Source: an uncultured delta proteobacterium (GTDB lineage Bacteria; Desulfobacterota; Binatia; JACPRU01). Taken from it: a stretch of DNA of 64,000 nt. The stretch covers positions 640,001-704,000 of the forward strand of contig CAVUWD010000016.1 of the NCBI GenBank assembly GCA_963745025.1, given 5' to 3'. Made by a program: the position numbers and the translations under genes. The number at the start of each line of letters is the position of its first letter. The stretch's first letter is position 1. The notes beneath the pieces are model-generated. The model saw only the letters and a program-made list of their open reading frames with translations. It ran no database searches and was not told the DNA's origin. Shown piece by piece: positions 1-9,816 of the stretch.

Positions 1-168
1 CTGATCGACGGCGGCCCGCGCGCGGCGACGGTGACCGCAGCGACCGACCTGGTTTGCTACGGGCTCACGTTCTGGGAGTTCCGCCCGCTCGTCGAAAAAA
101 ACGGCGCCATCGCATGGAAGCTCCTGCAGGCGCTAGCGAAGCGATTGCGCGCCACCAACCCGGGCTAG
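1..168 (+). CDS. cyclic-nucleotide-binding domain protein, C-terminal part (runs off the left edge)
   Basis: Frame 1 reads LIDGGPRAATVTAATDLVCYGLTFWEFRPLVEKNGAIAWKLLQALAKRLR*. The PRAATV phosphate-binding cassette and hinge helix are typical of cNMP domains. Confidence 0.75.
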   Translation: MIDGGPRAATVTAATDLVCYGLTFWEFRPLVEKNGAIAWKLLQALAKRLRATNPG

Positions 169-263
169 CACCGGACCTTCAGCCTCGTCGACGAAACGAC
201 CGCACCCCGCCAAGGTTACCGAGGGGATCCCGCTTCGATGAATCTCGGGGCGCCCCAAACAGC

Positions 264-306
264 ATGTTCCTGGTCCAAAGTGTTACCTATGTTCCAGGTC
301 GGTACT
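264..306. mobile_element. possible IS481-family-like terminal remnant
   Basis: ATGTTCC(T/A)GGTC occurs twice with a 25-bp period (264-275, 289-300) around AAAGTGTTACCTATGT. This resembles the internally repeated ends of IS481-type elements. No transposase is adjacent. Confidence 0.35.
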
Positions 307-377
307 CCCAGCTTCCTTAGCCCGCAGCACGCGGCCGACCGGCGCTGTGGCGCGGGCGCGAGAACGATCCGTGCGCC

Positions 378-1556
378 TTACCCGGAGCGCCCGTCTGGTC
401 GCGGCGCGGCGAGCATGGGCGCGTAGCGGATCACGAACGTCCCGTACGCGAGCATCCAGAGGACCCCGCTCGCCAGGAGACCGCTCGTCTGTGGCACCCA
501 GGCCAGCGCCGTGGCGACGCGGAGCGCGCCGGCCCCGAGGACAGCGGCGAACGCGAGCGTCATCCCGGGCGGCAGGTGGAGCGGCCGGCCGGTGTGTCCG
601 AGCGCGACGCGGCTCATGACGCCGAGGATGAGCGCCCCCGCCGCGCCCGCACCCGCCGCGTGGAGCCAGACCGTCGGCGTGACCGCGCCGACCGACGCCG
701 CCGCGAGGAGTACGAGTGCGACGGGGATCCAGGCGAGCGCGACGTGGAGGATCCAGAGGAGCGGCTCGCGGCGGACGAGCCAGCCACGCCACAGATAGAG
801 CCGGGCGGCGCTCGCCGCCGCGGCGACCGCCGCGATCGGTGCCGTCAGCGCCGGCGGCGCTTCGAACGAGACGAGCGGGAGGAGTGCGACCGTCGCCCCG
901 ATCGCCACGGACTCGAGCCACGGCACGATGCGGACCGCGGCGGCGTCGCCTCCGGTTCCGCGGAGCCAGTTGCTCGAGAACGCGGGCGTGATACGCCCGC
1001 CGACGACGAGCATCAGCGCGACGACGGCGAGCATGGCTGCTCGGGAAAAGGCCGGCCGGTTCGTGGCGTGGAAGCCGACGTCCAGGAGCCACAGGGCGCC
1101 GAGGACACCGACGATCACGAGCTGGCGGTGCTGCTTCGCTGCGACGATCCTCCGTCCCGCGTCGAGGACGACGAGCGGCAGGAAGGCGAGGTCTACGCCG
1201 TGGACGAGCGCCGCCGGCAGCGCACGGCCGAAGAGCATCGCCAGGCGACCCGCGAGCCACACCGCCCAGAGCGCGGCGAGCGGGGCGCCGTGCAGCCGGT
1301 CCGTGCTCGTCCAGACGCAGACCGCGGTCAGCAGGAAGCCGGCGATCGCGGCCTCGAGGAACCCGAAGACCATCTCGTGCTGGTGCCAAAGGAGGGCAGG
1401 CAGCGCGAGCGGTGGCGCGAAGCCGCCGAGGAGCACGAGAAGCCAGGCAGGAACGATCAGGACCGCGAGCAGAGCCGTCGAGAGGAAGAAGACGCGGAAC
1501 GGGTACGCGAAGAGCGGCAGCGTCCCCGCCGGGGCCGCCGGGTGCAGGGTGTCCAT
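378..1556 (-). CDS. nnrS: NnrS family membrane protein (nitrosative stress)
   Basis: Motifs FRVFF, WHQHEMVFGF, GFLLTA, GGRITPAF, LLWILH and MSRVALGHTGRPL, with many TM segments. Start trimmed to MDTLHP at 1556 because the upstream extension is antisense to an IS remnant. Confidence 0.9.
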   Translation of the reverse strand: MDTLHPAAPAGTLPLFAYPFRVFFLSTALLAVLIVPAWLLVLLGGFAPPLALPALLWHQHEMVFGFLEAAIAGFLLTAVCVWTSTDRLHGAPLAALWAVWLAGRLAMLFGRALPAALVHGVDLAFLPLVVLDAGRRIVAAKQHRQLVIVGVLGALWLLDVGFHATNRPAFSRAAMLAVVALMLVVGGRITPAFSSNWLRGTGGDAAAVRIVPWLESVAIGATVALLPLVSFEAPPALTAPIAAVAAAASAARLYLWRGWLVRREPLLWILHVALAWIPVALVLLAAASVGAVTPTVWLHAAGAGAAGALILGVMSRVALGHTGRPLHLPPGMTLAFAAVLGAGALRVATALAWVPQTSGLLASGVLWMLAYGTFVIRYAPMLAAPRPDGRSG

Positions 1557-1682
1557 GTCCCCGTTCTGGCCGCTTCCAAAGCGGAGGTCGAGAGGGGGCC
1601 GGTGGCGGCGACCGCGCCGAGCTCCGCGCCGAGCGCGAATTCCTCGGCGAAGGGCGAGCTTCGCCATCTCGCCCGTCGCTAG

Positions 1683-1960
1683 CTCGAGCGTCTGGCCCGC
1701 TCGCTCGAGCGGCAGCATCCGGGAGCGGCAGGGTCGCTGCGCGAAGGACTCGAGGAGACTCTCGCCCTTCAGCGGCTCGGGATCTGCGACTCGCTGTATC
1801 GGACGCTTCGCAGCACCAACGCCATCGAGAATCTCAACGGCTCGGTGATGCACTTCGCGCGCAACGTCCGTCGCTGGCGAGACGCCTTGATGATGCTGCG
1901 CCCGGTGGACACGGGTCTGGACGAGGCGCAGAAACAGTTTCGCCGACTGAAGGGCAGACC
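1683..1960 (+). mobile_element. IS256-family transposase C-terminal remnant
   Basis: Reads LERLARSLERQHPGAAGSLREGLEETL...RTLRSTNAIENLNGSVMHFARNVRRWRD...GLDEAQKQFRRLKG, including the IS256 TNxIExxN catalytic-Glu region. The N-terminal part is missing. Confidence 0.8.
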
Positions 1961-2087
1961 TCGGCCGATCTGCTCAAAAGACGCGAGCAAGCACTCCGCC
2001 GAGGCGGGCGCGTCGTTGCCCGCGATTCAATGCTTCGAAGGTGCGTCGAAACGGTCGCGCGCCGTGGGCACCCGAACCTACTGAAGA

Positions 2088-2410
2088 TCATGTTTCGGTG
2101 TGGCTCAGAGCACGCTCGATCGCCTGCAGGACGCGCTTCTCGTTGCCCGAGACCGTGAACGCCAGATTCAGGACTCCGCCGCTGGCTTCGGCGACTTGGC
2201 GCGCATTCTCCAACAAATCGTTGCGAAAGGTGGCGAGCTCTTGTGGGTTCAACACTTTGCGCAACGCCTCGGCGTAGGCATACCACACCTTTCGAGCGTC
2301 TTGCCGGAGGTGATGCTTGAGCGCGTTGTCCAGCATCTTGTAGGCGACGCTATCAGGCGCGATGCCATGGTTCTCGGCCGCGGTCAGAACCGCGCGGAGC
2401 TCTCGTTCGT
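2088..2410 (-). pseudogene. TerB-like protein, 5'-truncated
   Basis: The frame is open upstream of the annotated ATG (DERELRAVLTAAENHGIAPDSVAYKML...ARQVAEASGG...VSGNEKRVLQAIERAL), resembling TerB-like helical proteins. No suitable start was found upstream. Confidence 0.45.
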
Positions 2411-2655
2411 CGCCGAGATGGCGAAGTGCAAGAAGCGCGACGGCAGCCTGTGCATCGGGCCGACGCCGCCGGAGGATTGTGTTCCGCTCGGGAGCGGCCG
2501 AGTACTATAGGATCACGTGGGACGTGGTGCCCGCAGCGGAGCAGTGATTTCCACGAGAAGAACCGGGTAAGTGATAGGCGCATTGATGTCCGGCGACGGC
2601 TTCGAGCAAGCCGCGCCTGGCGCGTGGGGGGAGGTATCTTACGATGAGATTCAGG

Positions 2656-2913
2656 ATGGGGCGTTTCTATCTACTGGCAACGATGGTCGCCCTTGCGACC
2701 CTCACCCTGCTTTCACGGCGCGTCGCCGTCGCTCAGACTCCGGAGGAGACTCCGCCCGGAACCTTCACAGAGTTCCTAAAACAACAATGGGCTAGGCCCA
2801 AATCGGATGAACCCGCACCGGACACCGCTCGTGACACGATCGACGCAATGAAAAGAGCCAGGGAAAGGGCCAGCGGTACGCCGCAGCCAGAACCGACACC
2901 AAAGTGGGACTGA
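2656..2913 (+). CDS. small secreted hypothetical protein
   Basis: Signal-peptide-like N-terminus MGRFYLLATMVALATLTLLSRRVAVA-Q followed by a Pro/Thr/Glu-rich mature part. Confidence 0.45.
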   Translation: MGRFYLLATMVALATLTLLSRRVAVAQTPEETPPGTFTEFLKQQWARPKSDEPAPDTARDTIDAMKRARERASGTPQPEPTPKWD

Positions 2914-3167
2914 ACAACGCGCGACGGCTCGTCGCCGGCCGCACCTCGACTGCCGAGATCAGCGGGGCACTCGGCCGGCTCTCTTGAAAGACATGCTGTG
3001 CCGTGGTCGGCCTCGAGGCGCAGGCGGTCAGGGCGCGCCGCGACTAGAGCACCGCCAGCACGCCGAGGACGCCGTCATTTCCCCATGTCTGCCCGCTTTG
3101 AGCTAGCGGAACAATCCCGGCCGGAGGAGCCCCCACCCACGTACGAGAACCGGCAGACACGGGACGG

Positions 3168-4307
3168 TCAATTACCGTGACGCTCGCGATACTGTCGGAG
3201 CCACTCGCCCGCCACCAATTGATGCCCGGCAGTGGTCCAATGCACGTCGCCGGGAATGAAATCCAGCGCCAGAATTTGTTGCCGGACCGCCGGATCGGCC
3301 GGGAAAAATACCCCGTGGAGGTCATAGCACCCGAGGTGCTGCTCGGCGGAGAAGGTTTGCCAAAAGTTCCGGTAGCGTGAATGCGCGTCGTTGGCGCTGA
3401 TCTCCTGCGGCCAGGGATAGATCGCAATCTCGAAACCGATGGCGTGGGCCGCACACAGCGATGCGAGTTTGGTCACGTAATACGCCGCGCTCCCCTCCGC
3501 GGCCTGGAGCCAGTCAGGCGGTTGGCCGCGCGTCCACGCTTCGCGGTCGTTGGGGTCGAAGACAAAGCTCTCACCGGTGTGTGGCTCCGTGAAGACCGTT
3601 TTTCTCCAAGGGTCTCGACCCTGCCGCTTGAGAAGCGTGCGGTAGATCAGCGAGTACTGCGCCAGCGGTGGCGGCTGCGGCGTCTTGACGTAGCGTCGAG
3701 TCCACGCGTCATCCTGATCTTTGTTCGCCGGGAGGAAATCGTTGAAGATCAACTCATCCGCCATGTCCGAGACGTCGATGAAGAAGACAATGTTGCTAAG
3801 ACGTAAGCCACCATCCAGCAACGCCTTCGTCTTGTAGTAGACGGTCTTGGGGCAATACGACAATACGCCTCCATTGAGGACTTCGATGCCTTGGGTGGAC
3901 AGGACTTTGTCGACGAGGCCGACCCATGTTTGCGCATAGGGCAAGCCCATCCCCTCAGTGAACGAGTCGCCGATGAACATCAGCCGGGGCCCGGACGACT
4001 GCAGTGGCACATCGCGCGGACTGTCATCCTTGAACCCGAGGCTGTTGGTGGCCAAGGTGTGTGAAACCTTCCCCCACGTGGCGGTGGTCACGCGCTTGGC
4101 GGCGAGGCCGTGGCTATAGTCGCGATCTTGTCGGCGGAACCCGCTCGCGTCCGCGCTGATTCTGAAGACGCCCCGATTCCTGTCGCGATAGTCGCCGAGA
4201 TGGTAGGTCAGATACCCAGCGATCCAATCCACCGCGAGTGGCAGCGCAAGGCCCACCACGATGGCGAGGAGCCGTACTTGCCAGCGTGGCGGCCTGAAGT
4301 CACCCAT
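3168..4307 (-). CDS. membrane-anchored SGNH/GDSL hydrolase family protein
   Basis: N-terminal TM helix, TNSLGF, block I FIGDSFTEG, block II NGGV, and C-terminal GDVHW (DxH). Confidence 0.8.
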   Translation of the reverse strand: MGDFRPPRWQVRLLAIVVGLALPLAVDWIAGYLTYHLGDYRDRNRGVFRISADASGFRRQDRDYSHGLAAKRVTTATWGKVSHTLATNSLGFKDDSPRDVPLQSSGPRLMFIGDSFTEGMGLPYAQTWVGLVDKVLSTQGIEVLNGGVLSYCPKTVYYKTKALLDGGLRLSNIVFFIDVSDMADELIFNDFLPANKDQDDAWTRRYVKTPQPPPLAQYSLIYRTLLKRQGRDPWRKTVFTEPHTGESFVFDPNDREAWTRGQPPDWLQAAEGSAAYYVTKLASLCAAHAIGFEIAIYPWPQEISANDAHSRYRNFWQTFSAEQHLGCYDLHGVFFPADPAVRQQILALDFIPGDVHWTTAGHQLVAGEWLRQYRERHGN

Positions 4308-4418
4308 CTGACGGCTTCATCTTCGCCCCCTACTTCACCACCGAGACTCCGGGGGTCGCAGAAGACGCGACGGTGATGACCTGCATGATTCCACATGGAG
4401 GACAGCGGCTACAAGGGC

Positions 4419-4446
4419 CGAAAAGCTAGGTGTCGAAAAGCTAGGT
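4419..4446. repeat. 13-bp direct repeat CGAAAAGCTAGGT x2 (15-bp period)
   Basis: Copies at 4419-4431 and 4434-4446 in the divergent intergenic region. Confidence 0.7.
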
Positions 4447-4766
4447 CCGAATTGCGCCGCCGGGGTGGCGGCAAGGTGACCCACCCCGCGCGCCCCAGGC
4501 GCAGCAACGTCACGCGCACGCCCATCGCCTTCGCCCGCCCGACTCCGTCTCTCCGACCGAGCGCGGTGCACACCCGCTCCGCCAGTTCGCTACGTGGCGC
4601 GTCGTCGCCACGCGCAATCGCCCCGCCAATGATTGCGAGCCCTGTTGGCGCTCTCGGGGCGCTGGTCCGGTCGCGATCGGATCGCGATCGACGTGCCTTG
4701 CGATCCGACCGTGCTTTCGGCTAGGCGTGCAAACGAAGCGAACCGCCTGGGGACAGGAGGCACACG

Positions 4767-5927
4767 ATGAACCGCAGCGTGGACCGGATCCTGACGACTC
4801 ACGTCGGAAGCCTGCCCCGAAGCCGAGCGCTCAGCGACCTGTTGATTCGCCAGGAACGCGGCGAAGCGATCGACCGGGCGAAGCTCGATCGGGAATGTCA
4901 GGCCGCGGTCCGGCACGTCGTCGAGCACCAGGTGGCATGTGGGGTCGACGTGATCAACGACGGCGAACAGCCGCGCGTCGGCTTCCAAACCTACGTGGGG
5001 CTGCGGCTGAAAGGCTACGGGGGTCGGAGTCCGCGCCCGTTCTTCCGGGACTTCGTCGATTTTCCCGACTACGCGGAGATCTGGCAAAAGCGCGGCATGG
5101 TCACCTCGAAGGTCTTCGACGCGCCGCAGGCCGTCGCGGAAATCGAGTACGCGGACTTGAGCGAGGCGGAACGGGAGTGCGACCTGCTTCTCGAGGCTGC
5201 AGGGGAGTATGCGGGACGCTATCGCGAGCTCTTCATGACGGCCGCATCCCCCGGGATCGTGGCGACGACCCTCCTGAACGCATACTACGATTCCCACGAG
5301 AGCTACGTGAACGCCGTTGCCCGAGAGATGCGGAAGGAGTACGAACGGATCCACTCGAAGGGGCTCCTCCTCCAACTTGACTGTCCGGACCTTGCGATGG
5401 AGCGGGTCGGGCTTTTCCAGAAGGAACCGTTGTCGCGGTTTCTAGAGGTCGTGGAGACTCACATCGAGGCCATCAACCGGGCTCTCGAGAACGTTCCGCG
5501 AGAGAGTGTGCGGCTCCACGTCTGCTGGGGGAACTGGGACGGACCGCACGTCTACGACGTGGCGCTCGAGGACATTCTTCCGATCCTGTACCGCGCCCGG
5601 GTCGGCGCCTTATCCCTCGAGCTCGCCAACCCGCGGCACGAGCACGAGATCGCGGTCTTGAAAAAGCATCCGCTCCCGGACTCGATGATCTTCGTTCCGG
5701 GCGTGATCGACTCGAAGACGAACTTCGTCGAGCACCCGGAGCTCATCTGCAACCGCATCCTGCGGGCCGTCGACGCGGTCGGCGACCGCAGCCGCGTCAT
5801 CGCGAGCTCGGATTGTGGCTTCGGGACGTTCGCGGGCTGGGAGATGGTGGCGCCGAGCGTCGTTTGGGCCAAGCTCCGCGCGCTTCGGGAGGGAGCCGAA
5901 CTCGCATCGAAGCGACTGTGGGGATGA
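4767..5927 (+). CDS. cobalamin-independent methionine synthase II (MetE C-terminal-like) family protein
   Basis: THVGSLPR, NDGEQ, LQLDCPD, Zn-ligand HVCWGN, PGVID and SDCGF motifs. GGAGG RBS. Confidence 0.9.
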   Translation: MNRSVDRILTTHVGSLPRSRALSDLLIRQERGEAIDRAKLDRECQAAVRHVVEHQVACGVDVINDGEQPRVGFQTYVGLRLKGYGGRSPRPFFRDFVDFPDYAEIWQKRGMVTSKVFDAPQAVAEIEYADLSEAERECDLLLEAAGEYAGRYRELFMTAASPGIVATTLLNAYYDSHESYVNAVAREMRKEYERIHSKGLLLQLDCPDLAMERVGLFQKEPLSRFLEVVETHIEAINRALENVPRESVRLHVCWGNWDGPHVYDVALEDILPILYRARVGALSLELANPRHEHEIAVLKKHPLPDSMIFVPGVIDSKTNFVEHPELICNRILRAVDAVGDRSRVIASSDCGFGTFAGWEMVAPSVVWAKLRALREGAELASKRLWG

Positions 5928-5978
5928 GCCCTGCGGGCCCGACCGGCGCAAAGGCTCCCTTCATCGAGGAGGATGGTC

Positions 5979-6941
5979 ATGACGCGCAAGAAGCTTTCGT
6001 TCACGCTCGAGGACGTCCGGGAGATGGCGAAGCGGTTCTCGAACTGGGGACGGTGGGGCGACGACGACGAGCTCGGCACCGTGAACTTCATCACCCCCGA
6101 CAAGGTCGCGTCGGCCGCCCGGCTCGCGCGGACGGGAAAGATCTTGAGCCTGGCGATTCCCTTCGACTCCAAGGGTCCGCAGACTGGAGAGTTCGGCAGG
6201 ACGAATCCCATCCACTACATGATGCAGGACGGAGGGGACGTCGCCTCGGGAGCGCAGGATTGGATCCCGACCCTACGTTACACGGACGACGCCGTGATCA
6301 TGCCGCTCCAATGCGCGACCCAGTGGGATGCGCTCGCCCACATCTTCTTCGACGGGAAGATGTACAATGGTGGCGTGCCGGCGCTCGTCGACAGCACGGG
6401 AGCGAAGCGAAACAGCATCGTGCCGCTGCGGAACCGGCTCGCCACCCGCGGAGTCCTCCTCGACATCCCGCGGCTTCGAAGGAAGAGCTGGCTCGAGCCG
6501 GGCGAGGCGATCTACCCCGATGAACTGGATGCGGCGGCCAGCGAGGCAGGTGTGAAGGTCGAACGGGGGGACATCGTCCTCGTGCGGACCGGGCAGGTCG
6601 CCATGTGCAGGAGCCGCGGGGATTGGGCGGGCTACAACGGCGGAGATTCGCCCGGATTGAGCCTCTCCTGCGCAGAATGGATCTACCGGAAAGAGATCGC
6701 CGGGTACGCGACGGACACCTGGGGCACCGAAGTGATTCCCAACGAGACGCCGGACGTCTTTCAGCCGATCCACTGCGTCTCGCTCGTGCACACGGGTATT
6801 CTGATCGGAGAAATTTTCGATCTCGAAGGGCTCGCGGAGGATTGCGCGGCGGACGGGGTCTACGAGTTCTTCTTCGTGGCGCCGCCGCTGCCGATCACGG
6901 GAGCCGTCGGTTCGCCGATCAACCCGCAGGCGATCAAGTGA
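5979..6941 (+). CDS. cyclase family metal-dependent hydrolase
   Basis: NWGRWGxDDELG, QCATQWDALAH, RGVLLD, GDIVLVRTG and GAVGSPINP motifs. Start placed 6 nt after GAGGAGG. Confidence 0.9.
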   Translation: MTRKKLSFTLEDVREMAKRFSNWGRWGDDDELGTVNFITPDKVASAARLARTGKILSLAIPFDSKGPQTGEFGRTNPIHYMMQDGGDVASGAQDWIPTLRYTDDAVIMPLQCATQWDALAHIFFDGKMYNGGVPALVDSTGAKRNSIVPLRNRLATRGVLLDIPRLRRKSWLEPGEAIYPDELDAAASEAGVKVERGDIVLVRTGQVAMCRSRGDWAGYNGGDSPGLSLSCAEWIYRKEIAGYATDTWGTEVIPNETPDVFQPIHCVSLVHTGILIGEIFDLEGLAEDCAADGVYEFFFVAPPLPITGAVGSPINPQAIK

Positions 6942-7096
6942 CGCCGTGAGGACGCCACGAGTCGGTCAGAAACACAGCCGGGTGAGCCGGAGCGCTTCAC
7001 GGCCGTCGACGCCGAGAGCGTTCGGATCGAGGCCCAACCGGCGTGGAGGATCGCGGAGGAGTCTATCGTATTATCCCTGGGAAAGGAGGTATCCCC

Positions 7097-7870
7097 ATGA
7101 GGCGACAGATGGACGTCAACAGTGACATGGGCGAGAGCTTCGGAAACTGGGTGATGGGGAACGACGCCGCCCTCTTGCCCCTCGTGACGACGGCGAACGT
7201 CGCTTGTGGGTTTCACGCCGGGGATCCGGTGACGCTGCTCCGCACGGTCCGCCTCGCGAAGCGAAACGGCGTCGTCGTCGGGGCGCATCCCGGACTCCCG
7301 GACCTCCTCGGCTTCGGCCGCCGGGCGATGAAGATCTCCCCCGAAGACGCGTACGCCTACGTCGTCTATCAGGTCGGCGCGCTCCAGGCGACGCTCGCTG
7401 TGGAGGGGATGCGGCTCCACCACGTGAAGCCACACGGGGCGTTCTACTCGGTCCTGAAGGCCGAGGAGGAGCTTGCGGATGCCGTGGCGGAGGCGATCGC
7501 GTCCCTCTCGCCGGAGCCGATGCTCTACTGGCCCGCGCCCACCGACTCGGCGCTTCCCCGGGCGGTGCGGAAGCGGGGGATCCGCGTAGTCGGAGAAATC
7601 TACGTGGACCTCGACTACGCTCCCGACGGCTCGCTCATCATCCAGCGGACGAAGCACTCGACGGACCTCGCGAAGACGACCGCTCAGGTGCGGCGCTACA
7701 TCGACACCGGAGAGGTCCTCGCGCAGGACGGCACGGCCGTCGCTCTCGATGCGGAGAGCATCTGCGTCCACGGGGACGGTCCGAACGCCGTCGATGTCGC
7801 GCGCGCCGTGCGCCGAACCCTCGAAGAATCGGGCTGTCTCACCGAGCCGGTTCTCGCCTACGCCGCGTAG
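7097..7870 (+). CDS. pxpA: 5-oxoprolinase subunit A (LamB/YcsF family)
   Basis: DVNSDMGESFG, ANVACGFHAGDP, GAHPGLPDLLGFGRR, HVKPHGA and SICVHGD motifs. AGGAGG RBS. Confidence 0.9.
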   Translation: MRRQMDVNSDMGESFGNWVMGNDAALLPLVTTANVACGFHAGDPVTLLRTVRLAKRNGVVVGAHPGLPDLLGFGRRAMKISPEDAYAYVVYQVGALQATLAVEGMRLHHVKPHGAFYSVLKAEEELADAVAEAIASLSPEPMLYWPAPTDSALPRAVRKRGIRVVGEIYVDLDYAPDGSLIIQRTKHSTDLAKTTAQVRRYIDTGEVLAQDGTAVALDAESICVHGDGPNAVDVARAVRRTLEESGCLTEPVLAYAA

Positions 7871-7928
7871 CGGGTCGGAGGCCCGGCGACTCAATCCAGG
7901 AAGTTCCGAAGTTCCGAGGAGGCATGCG

Positions 7929-8957
7929 ATGAAATTCGGTTTGCTCTTCGCTCACCAGATCCCTCCCGAGAGCGGGATTCCGTGGAACGAGCCCTACCAG
8001 GACATGCTCCGCTGCCTGCCCCGCGCGGAGGAGCTCGGCTACGTCTCGGCGTTCCAGGTCTCTCACCACGTCCAGAAGGACGGTCTCTGTCCCGGGCCTC
8101 TCGTGGCGCTCGGCGGCGCCGCCGCCGTGACACAGCGGATGCGGGTCGGGACCGGGATCCTCCTCGTCCCCATGTACGCCCCGCTCAGGCTCGCCGAGGA
8201 CATCGCCGTCCTCGACAACCTTTCGAACGGTCGATTCATCCTCGGCGTCGCTCCGGGGTACGTGAGCGAGGAGTTCGCTGCGCACGGAGTTCCCCGGAAC
8301 CAGCGGGTCGGCCGGCTCGAAGAGACGCTCGACCTGATGACGCTCGCATGGAGAGAGGAGCGCTTCTCGTTCGACGGAAGGTACTTCAAGGTCCCGGAGG
8401 CGTGTCTCACGCCGAAGCCCGTCCAGAAGCCCCACCCGCCGATCTGGTACGGCGTCTCAGCCCCGGGCTCGATCCGCCGGGCGGCGCGCCGCCACGCGGT
8501 TCTCGTCGCCTCACCGCGACACGGAATCGCGGAGCTGAAGGAGCACTTCCGCATTTACGACGAGGCGGCGAGCGAGTTCGGCTTCAAGCCGGCGGAGCGG
8601 CCCGTCATCCGGCAGGTCTTCGTCGCCGAAACCCGCAACAAGGCCGAGAAGGTCGCTGCCCCGGCGGTCAGCTACCTCTACCGGGAACTCTATGGCGCCA
8701 AGTCCGCTCAGGGCGAGCGGGAGCTCCGCACCGACGACGGGCGGGTGATCTCGGACCGCCAGCAAGCCACGTACGAAGCGCTCAAGGGACGGTACGCGAT
8801 CGGCGAACCAGACTTCGTCTACGAATCACTCAAGAGTTGCGTGACGGAGCTCGGTGCAACCGAGATCATCTGCTGGATGCACATGCCGGGGATCCGCGGC
8901 GAGGAGGCGATGCGTTCTGTGGAACTCTTCGCGAAGGAGGTCATGCCCCGCTTCTGA
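7929..8957 (+). CDS. LLM-class flavin-dependent oxidoreductase
   Basis: MKFG...AEELGY..., PLRLAEDIAVLDNLSNGRFILGV, PKPVQKPHPPIW and SVELFAKEVMP motifs. Confidence 0.9.
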   Translation: MKFGLLFAHQIPPESGIPWNEPYQDMLRCLPRAEELGYVSAFQVSHHVQKDGLCPGPLVALGGAAAVTQRMRVGTGILLVPMYAPLRLAEDIAVLDNLSNGRFILGVAPGYVSEEFAAHGVPRNQRVGRLEETLDLMTLAWREERFSFDGRYFKVPEACLTPKPVQKPHPPIWYGVSAPGSIRRAARRHAVLVASPRHGIAELKEHFRIYDEAASEFGFKPAERPVIRQVFVAETRNKAEKVAAPAVSYLYRELYGAKSAQGERELRTDDGRVISDRQQATYEALKGRYAIGEPDFVYESLKSCVTELGATEIICWMHMPGIRGEEAMRSVELFAKEVMPRF

Positions 8958-9050
8958 TAGGGAACCACGGGACCGAGGTCTCCGCGGCGATCTTCCCGGC
9001 GGTCGGCCCGCTGGGTCATGCGAGGAGGAAGTCCCGCTAGGGGGAAGCTC

Positions 9051-9758
9051 ATGAACGAACGCCTGTTCTCCGAAGAAGAGCTCCGGGAGATGGAGAAGCG
9101 CACCGTCGATCGCCTCAAGGAGGCCATCGATGCGGGCGATCCGGAGAGAGCGAAACAGATCGCGGAACGCATGTACAACGAGTTCGTGTCGATGCACGAC
9201 CTCTACCGCGATTGGACCACGGCTATGCTGAGCGCGATCGGCCGCCGCTTCGGCGACGAGGTCCTCGAAGAGATCATGACCGAAGGGGTGCGGGCCTGGT
9301 GGTTGCCGACTCTTCAGAGGTTCCCCCAGGGTCCCGAGACGCTCCGCCACCGGGTGAAGATGTTCATCGGCGGCCTGCGCGGGCACCTTCAGCCCCTCCA
9401 CCTCCAGGAGGACGACGAGAAGATCGTCATCCAGATGCGGCCTTGTGGCAGCGGCGGCCGACTCGTGCTCGAAGGGAAGTACGACGGCCCGGAGGCGTTC
9501 CTGAAGATCCGGAAACCTCAGCGGATGACCTACGGCCGTTCCGACTTCCCCGTGTACTGCGCACACGAAGCGCCGATGGAGCTCGTCGACATCGAGCGCA
9601 ATGGCGCCCCCTTCGTCGTCGTCGAGCCCGCCGCCGTGCTCGGAAAGGAGCTCTGCTCCTTCGTCGTCTACAAGGACCCGCTCAAGATTCCCGCGCGCTA
9701 CTGGCGGCGGCTCGGGAAGACGAAGCCGCCCGGGAGCGCGGAGCCGGACTCGAAATAG
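9051..9758 (+). CDS. conserved-looking hypothetical protein with PCGSGG and CxH motifs
   Basis: Coding-like composition with an RBS. Motifs MHD, LRGH, RPCGSGG, YCAH and a C-terminal C...YKDP...P.RY. No family recognised. Confidence 0.75.
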   Translation: MNERLFSEEELREMEKRTVDRLKEAIDAGDPERAKQIAERMYNEFVSMHDLYRDWTTAMLSAIGRRFGDEVLEEIMTEGVRAWWLPTLQRFPQGPETLRHRVKMFIGGLRGHLQPLHLQEDDEKIVIQMRPCGSGGRLVLEGKYDGPEAFLKIRKPQRMTYGRSDFPVYCAHEAPMELVDIERNGAPFVVVEPAAVLGKELCSFVVYKDPLKIPARYWRRLGKTKPPGSAEPDSK

Positions 9759-9784
9759 CCGCGCTGCAGGGGCGCGTCGAGCGC

Positions 9785-9816
9785 GTCGAGGGCTCTGGCG
9801 TGTCGAGGGCTCTGGC
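9785..9816. repeat. 15-bp direct repeat GTCGAGGGCTCTGGC x2 directly upstream of TTGACG
   Basis: Copies at 9785-9799 and 9802-9816, abutting a -35-like TTGACG at 9817. Confidence 0.65.

Noticed and set aside
1557-1853. 99-aa N-terminal extension of NnrS
   Set aside because: It is antisense read-through of the IS256 remnant.
4593-4661. Palindrome CGTGGCG-N6-CGCCACG with a weak GG-N10-GC at 4646
   Set aside because: The half-sites resemble the regulon motif, but the spacer is 6 rather than 3 and the -12 element is poor. It may be a chance GC hairpin.
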